Source: Rhynchopus sp. YZ270_cl-10
Taxonomy: Eukaryota
DNA length: 64,000 bases
Assembly (NCBI GenBank): GCA_964035575.1
Contig: OZ037840.1
Span: 1,302,001-1,366,000 of the forward strand
Direction: 5' to 3'
The translations under genes and the position numbers were made by a program. Position 1 is the first letter of the stretch, and each line of letters starts with the position of its first letter. Below the pieces are notes generated by a model. It saw nothing but the letters and a program-made list of their open reading frames with translations. It ran no database searches and was not told the origin of the DNA. Below are positions 10,686 through 19,943 of the stretch, in pieces.

Positions 10686-12252
10686 TTAAAAAGGGTTCGC
10701 CCCCTCAATGGGACGCCGTAAACCATAATCCTCAGTGTCAGCCGCATCATTTCAATGAAACCAAAAAGTGGCTTATTTGCATTTTTGGGCTCCGCCCGTG
10801 CAGCGGTGGGGTCATTTCGGAAAATTGGACAATTTTTTGACCACTTAAATTTTGAGAAATATGAGCCCGGTTCTTTATACGTGGGGCCCATTTTTGGCCA
10901 AAATTTTTCTCAAAATCGACGAAATTAAAATTAGACCCCTTACCCCCCCCCAGAATCATTTCAATACACTACCTGTATTGGTTGCTGACGCGTGTATACA
11001 GGAAGGTTGGGAAAAAGTGGCTTATTTGCATTTTTGGGCTCCGCCCGTGCAGCGGTGGGGTCATTTCGGAAAATTGGACAATTTTTTGACCACTTAAATT
11101 TTGAGAAATATGAGCCCGGTTCCTTATACGTGGGCCCATTTTTGGCCAAAAATTTTCTCAAAATCGACGAAATTAAAATTAGACCCCTTACCCCCCCCCC
11201 AGAATCATTTCAATACACTACCTGTATTGGTTGCTGACGCGTGTATACAGGAAGGTTGGGAAAAAGTGGCTTATTTGCATTTTTGGGCTCCGCCCGTGCA
11301 GCGGTGGGGTCATTTCGGAAAATTGGACAATTTTTTGACCACTTAAATTTTGAGAAATATGAGCCCGGTTCCTTATACGTGGGGCAAAATTTTTCTCAAA
11401 ATCGACGAAATTAAAATTAGACCCCTTACCCCCCCCCAGAATCATTTCAATACACTACCTGTATTGGTTGCTGACGCGTGTTATCAGGAAGGTTGGGAAA
11501 AAGTGGCTTATTTGCATTTTTGGGCTCCGCCCGTGCAGCGGTGGGGTCATTTCGGAAAATTGGACAATTTTTTGACCACTTAAATTTTGAGAAATATGAG
11601 CCCGGTTCCTTATACGTGGGGCAAAATTTTTCTCAAAATCGACGAAATTAAAATTAGACCCCTTACCCCCCAGAATCATTTCAATACACTACCTGTATTG
11701 GTTGCTGACGCGTGTATACAGGAAGGTTGGGAAAAATTAAAAAGGGTTCGCCCCCTCAATGGGACGCCGTAAACCATAATCCTCAGTGTCAGCCGCATCA
11801 TTTCAATGAAACCAAAAAGTGGCTTATTTGCATTTTTGGGCTCCGCCCGTGCAGCGGTGGGGTCATTTCGGAAAATTGGACAATTTTTTGACCACTTAAA
11901 TTTTGAGAAATATGAGCCCGGTTCCTTATACGTGGGGCAAAAATTTTCTCAAAATCGACGAAATTAAAATTAGACCCCTTACCCCCCCCCAGAATCATTT
12001 CAATACACTACCTGTATTGGTTGCTGACGCGTGTATACAGGAAGGTTGGGAAAAAGTGGCTTATTTGCATTTTTGGGCTCCGCCCGTGCAGCGGTGGGGT
12101 CATTTCGGAAAATTGGACAATTTTTTGACCACTTAAATTTTGAGAAATATGAGCCCGGTTCTTTATACGTGGGGCCCATTTTTGGCCAAAATTTTTCTCA
12201 AAATCGACGAAATTAAAATTAGACCCCTTACCCCCCCCCAGAATCATTTCAA
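10686..12252 (+). repeat. ~235-250-bp tandem array type X (6 cores; hairpin module A; optional ~77-bp module B)
   Basis: Core AAAAGTGGCTTATTTGCAT...CAGAATCATTTCAA is repeated. Confidence 0.95.
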
Positions 12253-15202
12253 GATTCAGATTCTGAGTTCGCCAGGGTCGGACCCGGACGCATTGATGCC
12301 GGATGCGGCTCGAGTGCAAGCTGCCCTCCCCGTGCGTAAGGGGGGCTTGGGGGTGCGCCGTGCATACGACCACTGGACCGCTGCCGCTATGGGAGCTGCT
12401 AGTGGCACCTTCGATTTATGCAAGCACCTGGACAAACACTACCGTTGGGATGCTGGAGGGTGGAGCCACACTGCCACCCGGTACAATGAGCTTGTGGACG
12501 CCGACGCCCGCGTGAACCCAGAGGAGCAGCCCCAGCAAATCCTCAAACAGCGTGATCTGTCGGCCCCGATCATCACACGTCAAGTGTCTGAGTTGCGCGA
12601 CACTGGGGACATCCAGGACCGTGCCCGGCTGAATTCCCTTCAGCTGCCCTTGGCGGGGGCGTGGATTACCGCATTACCCACCCCAGAAAACGTCATCAAC
12701 CCGGAAGAGTTTCGAGCAGTGGTCCGTCTCAGACTGGGTCTTGCGGTGCACAGGGACAAGGCACTATGCGAACAATGTGGTCGGCCCATGGATGAGTTCG
12801 GGATACACGCCCTCAACTGCAGCCATGGGGGTTGCACGATTCGCAGGCATGACCGGCTACGCGATCTGGTGGGCATGCTGGGTTCGAAGGCGGGCCTCGC
12901 TCCGTCCCTGGAGCCTAAGCACATCGTCCTCGGAGGGACCAAACCGGCAGACATCTTCTTCTCCATCGGAGTCGGTGATGGCAAGCCTAGAGCGGTGGAC
13001 TGCGTGGTAGCGAATCCCCTCGCCGCGTCGCATGTCCAAGGGGCGGCCCGGGCGGTGGGACACGCCGCGGTCACACATCAGACGGCGAAACGGCGCAAGC
13101 ACGGCGAAGCCTGCAGGAAAGCTCATATTTCCTTCACAGCCTTTGCAGCCGAGGTCCTTGGGGGGCTAGGTCCGGAGGCAGACACGCTGTGGCGCCATCT
13201 GAACAAGATGGCTGCGGAGCGAGCGGACGGGGATAAAGTTCTGGCATCGGTCAAGTGGAACGAACGTCTGGCCGTGTGTGTCCAGCGGGAGGTGGGCGCC
13301 ACATTGCTGAAGAGAGGCGCCCTGTGCTTCAGCCTTGAGGTCACGCGCACAGCAGTGCCAGCGGAAGCAGTGTCCCTCGACAAAAGCTACTACGTCTCGC
13401 CAGACCCTCCCGATGACCGTTTCCCTTCGTACGTGGATGACCATCTGTACCGCTTGTCTGAGAACGACTGTGAAGTTGAAGAGGAACCTGTCGCTCCCGT
13501 CGCCCCTGATCCCCTTTATGACGTCGACGAAGCCACGGCAGCGATGGAGGCATGGCTGAGCCGACAAGCGGGCAAGGAATCCACCCATCCGTCCACCCTT
13601 GAAGTACCCTCCACTCCCTGCGAAGACCCTGCAACAGCATTCAAGGCGCTGGAGACATGTGACCCCCCGCCGGCCCTGCCGCTACAGCTGTCCTCCCTCG
13701 GGTGCTCCGTTCCCGCGGACTTCCGCTACACAGTGGGCGACTGTTGCTTCGATGCCGTGGCGTACCAGTGCGGGAGGAGTGCGGGGTCCCTGAGACAGGC
13801 GGCGATTGCACAGGTGGTCCAAGACGAGGACTTAGCGGCTCGCGCTGAACCAAGTGTCGGAGTATGGGCGCGACAGATGAGCATCGCTGGGTGTGCGCGT
13901 CCTGACACTTGGGCTGACATGGTGACGGTTAGCGGCCTGGCCCGAGCTCTGCATTCCCTGGTGGTGGTGTTCATTGGTGGCCATCGACCGTCGGTCTTCA
14001 CCCCCTCAGGCGAAGTGGGATACCGTCAGGTGCTCGCACTAGCCCACGATGGCCGCACCGCAGGTCACTTCACGCCGGTCAATATCCCCGAGAAGCTGAC
14101 GCAGTTCCTCCTCATGCATGAACCGACCCCGCGCCTGCCGCCTCTCACTTGTGTGTCACGCGAGGGGCTTCTGGACTGCCCCCTGGAAGACTCACGGGCG
14201 GATTTCGGGAAATGCGAGCTGTGCTCGGCTGCGGTCCTCGGTCGTGAACGTCATTGGGAGTGTCGGGAGTGCTCAGTTTGGGTGTGTGTGCCGTGTCGTT
14301 CCCTCCCCTCAACCTGCCCGCGGGCCCTGCCAGTGTCCAGCAAGCCATGCGCGGCGAGGATCATTGCGCGCGCGCACGAGATGATTGACCCCAAGAGCAT
14401 TAACTTGGTGAAGGTACAGCGTGAAGCTCGCGTGACCAGCCAAGTGGAGACGACTGCAAAGGCGCGGAGGGCACAGACGCAACGCAACATGAGACAGGCA
14501 TCATCAGACGTCCAGGGACAAGAGAGCGGCTACTCCACCACACATTCAGCCCTCCCTACTCCGGTCGCGTCCTCGGTGCCCCCTGTCGCACAAGCAGTTG
14601 CCCGTCCCGGCGCCTCTGCGCAGACACACCCTGGTTCGGACGGGGCAACACAACCTCAGACCGGTACGGAGAGTGGCTTCTCAAACACCCACTCAGCCCT
14701 CCCCGTATCTTCTTCCTCTGAGGCAGTTCCCTCTTCCGTCCACCCGAGAGAGCAGCCGCCCGCCGCATCGCAGGGCAGCGAGTTCTCTATGGACCTCATC
14801 GACGAATCAGAACTCGCAGTCCCCATGTCTGACGCCACTTCGGCCCCCAGCACGTACACGCAATCGGAGAGTGGCTCTCAACCCGCACCTACAGCCCTCC
14901 CGACCAACGTGCCGTTCTATGCCGGTATGGCGCCCTGCCCAGGATTCAACAACAACATGGGGTGTCCAGCGACCGCCGAGGCGTGGAAGGACACGTTCTA
15001 CCCGAACACGCTTCAGCACCAGTCGCTGGCAGCGGGAGGGGATTGGCAGTCGGTGGATGACGCCCTCACCTGCCTCTACCTGTGGAAAGAAGCGAAGAAG
15101 CCGTCGATGAGCTCCGACGAGGTGGAAGAGGCTTACACCCTCTACAACCGTCTGCGGGGCCTAAAGCGGAGCAGGAACTCGCGGCCGTCCCAGAGCACTT
15201 GA
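12253..15202 (+). mobile_element. 5'-truncated (RT-less) CRE/SLACS-like non-LTR retrotransposon ORF: post-RT motif, CCHC knuckle, restriction-like endonuclease, OTU-like domain, Cys Zn finger, S/P/Q-rich tail
   Basis: QAALPVRKGGLGVR; CEQC..DEFGIHALNC; RRHD; KPADI..AVD..KRRKH; VGDCCFDAV..WAD..GHF; CELC..CREC..CVPC. The frame is open from the upstream array (ATG 12149); the first internal ATG is 12296. The 3' limit of the element is uncertain. Confidence 0.8.
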
Positions 15203-15500
15203 GTTTTTCTTTTTCATTCTTTACTTTTGTTTGGCTTTTAGCCTCCCCCCTCCCCCTTTGCCTATTGGTTTTATTTTATTTTATTTTTAGAATTAGAGTG
15301 TACAGCTAGGTAGGACCAGACGTCGTTAACAGCTATGAACCAAAGAGGTTCTCAGTGTCGTCGGCCAAGCCCCTTCACCAAAAAAGACTACAACAAGAAA
15401 ACAAACACACAGAAAAAAAAGTAAAAGAATGCCCTTCCTCAGTCCGGAAGTATCACCTCAACCGGTCACACCTGCCGTAAAATAGAGAGAGGTTACAGAA

Positions 15501-15798
15501 CAGGCACTCCGCTAGGTACTAAAGTTCTGTTGATTGTCAACAGAACTTTTTGAAAATGGGGAAAAAAAGAAAAAAAAAAAAAGTTCTGCTAAGTGGTTCA
15601 GACCCGTTCTACCTGTCAAAAAAGCTCAGGAGAAGAAGATATGGAGAGGTGAGTGCTCAAACGTCCCAAAAAAGTCAAAATCGGGCGTTGGTAAAAAAAA
15701 AAGTTGCGTACCGTGCGCCTGCGGCGCAAGCATGTACCCCACCAACGTGGACCATCAACAGAATATTTTCAAAATCGGAAATCCTAGCGGAGAGCCTG
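15501..15798. mobile_element. hAT-type MITE (298 bp; copy at 47035-47332)
   Basis: TIR CAGGCACTCCGCTAGG / CCTAGCGGAGAGCCTG (one mismatch), 8-bp TSD TTACAGAA, internal perfect 13-bp hairpin at 15521-15549. Confidence 0.88.
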
Positions 15799-15805
15799 TT
15801 ACAGA

Positions 15806-15839
<34 letters not shown>

Positions 15840-16820
15840 AAAAAATGCAAAAAAAAATGCAAAAATCGGGTGTTTTGACCATCTGTGGTTACACAAAACA
15901 CACTTCTGTGTACAAGCCTACACCAATACAGTGGTAATACAAGGCGATTTTTGACCAAAAAAAAATTTTTTTTTTCGCCCAAAATCGGGCGTGGTACGTC
16001 ATAAAATGGCCCAAAAAATCCAAGGAAAACCTTCGATTGGGCAAATTATGAAAAAAATTTTCAAGTCAAATTTTCAACCAAAATACGGTCATTTTGTTCA
16101 CACAGTGATTCTACGTCATGCTAGCTTCCTGTGCAGAACTCCAGCAATTCACCAATGCCGGCATCTATCTTTCCATTATCGCCATTGCACTTCGTTCACG
16201 CCATTGCACTTCGGTCATTTTGTGCATACCCTGTGACTGTGGTGGCTAGAGAACACGCACATGCAGACCCGTTCCTTGCAATTTCCAGTGTTGTGTTTAT
16301 CAATGCATGCATCCAGAGGACCTCTGGTTTACGAAATCGTAGGCACTCCTGTGCAAAAATGAAGTCGGTTTTTTGACCCAAAATCGGGGTGGGTGGGCCA
16401 TAATTTGCTCCAAATTTGGCCGAAAATTGGGATTTTTCTGAAAATTTTCATTGTGCCCAGCAAAAATCCTTGATTTTTTGAAGAATTTTCCAAAAAATAT
16501 GCTATACCCCCTATGACTGGACCCAACTCCCCTCACCCTTTTTTTCCCCTAAAAAAGCCCCCAAAATTCCTACCATTTTTGGTGTGGCAGCGGTTACTGG
16601 GGGGGTAAACCGGTAGAAACACGGTAGAAACACGGGGAATCGGTTGGGGGTTCCCTTTTTTGGAATTTTTTTTTTTGTTTTTTTACCAGGGGGCTTCTCT
16701 ATGTTGTAGGCATACAGAGGCACAGATTTGACAGACCGGAGCCGGAACTGGCTGGGATGTCACGGAACTGACAAAAAAAGTGGTTTTCGACCACGCAACT
16801 GTACTGTACTCCCAATCCCC

Positions 16821-16991
16821 TGTGTATACTGTGTATACTGTGTATACTGTGTATACTGTGTATACTGTGTATACTGTGTATACTGTGTATACTGTGTATA
16901 CTGTGTATACTGTGTATACTGTGTATACTGTGTATACTGTGTATACTGTGTATACTGTGTATACTGTGTATACTGTGTATACTGTGTATAC
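16821..16991. repeat. (TGTGTATAC)19
   Basis: Perfect tandem repeat. Confidence 0.97.
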
Positions 16992-19943
16992 TACCTGTGT
17001 GTGACCATACCCCAGATGGTCTGAAGAGTGATCTGACCATATTCTCCAGGTACAATATATACCCGGAGAATCCATTGGAGCAAGAATTTTGCACTTTTGA
17101 GCACCACAGATTACATACTGCCATTTTTGCGGCCATAATATTTTTGAAAATGGCAAAGACATTTCCTTAAGGAATTACAGGGAACCAGGGTCCCTCTCTC
17201 TATGGGTTCTGAGGTTTTAGTCACTCAACGAATCTGCTCGATTTTTTTTGACTGTAGATGGGAGGTACCCCAAAAAATCAATTAAAGCAAGAATTTTACA
17301 GTTTTGAATAGTTGTTCTTTATTTAGAAAAGTACCCAGTTTGGACAAAAATTTGGGATTGAGTGTTATAAATCTCTGATTTTTTTTCCAAATCTTGGGGT
17401 GGAAACTTTGGTACCTCACACGAGCCTCTGAGAGTGACCAGAAATGGCCTCATGAACAAAAGTGACCCCGTCACAGCCAGAACGCGACTCAATTGGTCAA
17501 ACGCCGAAGGAAAAGGAAGCATGCAGCATGGCGAAATAATAAAAGTAGTGTACCGTGCGCCTGCGGCGCAAGATTGCAACCCACCCTTCCCATGATATAC
17601 TTTTGCAGCAAAAATGTGCAATTTTAAGCGTAATTTTTAGAAATGTTGCGTACCGTGGCTTCGCCAGAAACTTTCGTTTTAGAAAAACAGGGGAGTAAAA
17701 TTACGGAAGCTGACCACAATTACCAGCGACAGTGCCGTTTTGTGTCAACTTTTTTTTAGAAATGTTGCGTACCGTGGCTTCGCTTTGGGTGCCGTGACCG
17801 CCCTTTCTTTGTTATAAATGTACTGAGGTAGGTAAAAGAGCTCGGAAATCCAATTCCTCTGGTTTTCGAATTTTTTTACGTCTGTCCAAAAGCCGAAAAC
17901 TTCAGTTTGCCAAATTTACAACCTTCTCCGGGGGGGGAGTAGGGGGGGTTTCTCAAAATCGGACGGATGACATCCGTTGAAAGTAAAAAAGAGGCTTCCC
18001 TTCCTAGATGTGACTAGGCACGTGAGGCTTGGGATCATCTTTCAATACTTCTTCCTATTTTAGCGCACCTTTCGCCGCTTGAAGTCGTCCTGTGAGGTCT
18101 TAAGTTTACACATATTAGCGACTATTCTGTACTGTCGTCCTCTTATCCTTTTTACTAGCAACCTGCGACCCTCGGGCGCATTGTTGTCTACAACAACTTC
18201 ACATTACGTTGCAACTGTGTCTATCTTTTCTCGAGCACGGTTTGCAGCGCTTAAGACTAACAGGTGCAGTCTGATAAACGAAAAAGTTACGAGTGAGTTT
18301 AGTGCCATACGTCGCCCCGCAGCTTTGTCTTATTGTCGTGACCATGGCTATATAGTCCTCCAAGGCAGACACAAGAGTTACGACAAAAGGTGCTTACCTC
18401 CGGTGTGAATACATCATCTCTACTTTTCTGTCGACACGCCAGTGAAATTAGCTGGGTGGCCATTCGGGAACGAAGGGAAGTAGTATCCACCGTTTAAAGT
18501 GCGATCGAAATAATTTATTGTTACACTGGGTTTGATATTTGATTACACATCGCTCAGTGTTTCCAGTGCAGGTCACTGTTGTACATTACATTACACCATT
18601 AGGCCTATTCTTTACTGGCAGATAACCGCAGCTTTACAGCGCAATTAATATTTTTCGACGTAAACCCCCCGTAACATGTCATAGACAGTGAATGTACTCC
18701 TCGCTTGCACCGAAGCCCTTTTAAAAAAGGGGCACAGAAGTATCAATGAGAATATATCAACAACAGATAGCCAGCAACACAGCGCCGCAGGCGCACGGTA
18801 CGCTTTTTGTTAGACTTCACCATCCCTTTTTCTCCCACAAACCCCTGTAAAACTCCGGATTGCTCTGGGGAAAATATTGGGGGGGACCATGGTTCCCCCC
18901 GGTGCCCCTTGGCGGAAACCCTGTTGTACCACCCTGAGTTTTTGATTTTCTCTTTATTGGCGGCGTTTTGCACGGGTTTGCGGGTTTAGGATAAATTAAC
19001 CATTTTGTAAACACGAAAGTATTGTGCTTGCGGTCAGATAAAAGACACAGATTAGTAAGGACACAGCAGTTGGTATAATGCTGTTATGCTATTGTTCAGT
19101 TTTTGTCTCGTTTTACAACCTGACAACGGACGTGGCGAAACAAAAATAATAGGTTCTTACAGAGCAGATCAAGACGAAACTGTACGTGTATGACGTGGGT
19201 AGCGTACTAATAACCAAAAGAAAACCGACGCAGGAGCTTTTCTTGGAACTGTTTTATTCTCCCCACCCCAACAGCATCACATTTCAGAAAAACATTGTTT
19301 TTTCGTTTTTGTTCACTTTCTTTTCTTCTCCCTCACACCTTTTTGCTGTGGGCAAACCTCAAATTTATTCCGCTTTGATTTTATTTATTGTCTTCACGCC
19401 CTTCTTTTCATTAGAAAAAGAATGTATATGAAACAATTGTCTTCACGCTATATTGTTGTAGTTGGGTTGGGAAATAAAACTAAACAAAAGATGACAGGGG
19501 GTTTTTATTATTTCAAACTTGGTCGTCTCACGCGAGGATGAGCTCCATTATGTCAACGCTGTTTGGCCTGTCTGGGCAAATAGGTATTAGTAACGTGGGG
19601 GTCATGATAATTACCCCCATTTCGGAAGCACATTTTTCTTCTAGGGTTTCCCTTGAGAAACCCGCTGTTCGCTGCCTTGTTCTTCTGCTCCAAATGCCAT
19701 CATCTCTCTTACCGACAACCCGGTTTATAATCGACAAAAACTCTCTGTGCCCGTTGAACTACACTTAAAACAAGGTAGCAAAAAATAAAATCTATCACAC
19801 TGACCACTTTTACGATACCCCACCCTTGCTGGAGCGACGTTTGCAAACACAAACCTAGGTACGGAGTGTGATGTCACCCAAACCACGCCCACCACAGGAG
19901 GCTCATATTCCCTCAACCCACCTGCCCACACACAGCCCCCAAC

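Larger units (their letters stand above)
6668..15806. repeat. Spacer X copy 1 (other copies 39443-47340 and partial 54786-59806)
   Basis: Near-identical direct repeats that differ by one MITE and by array unit number. Confidence 0.9.

Noticed and set aside
10770..10800. Octamer ATTTGCAT plus GC box as an snRNA-type enhancer
   Set aside because: These are short metazoan motifs with no PSE or snRNA nearby; chance is sufficient.
10686..12252. CRISPR array
   Set aside because: Units are ~250 bp, the variable modules are identical within an array, there are no cas genes, and the context is eukaryotic.
10686..12252. Spliced-leader RNA gene array (the usual CRE/SLACS target) or hammerhead array
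   Set aside because: No euglenozoan SL exon core (CAGTTTCTGTACTTTATTG) on either strand and no CTGANGA/GAAA hammerhead core was seen.
12140..12252. N-terminal 38 aa of the 1020-aa ORF as native protein
   Set aside because: Encoded by an array unit from a TTG start; the same peptide appears in every unit.
15521..15552. Intrinsic terminator-like hairpin plus T run
   Set aside because: It lies inside a MITE in a eukaryotic genome.
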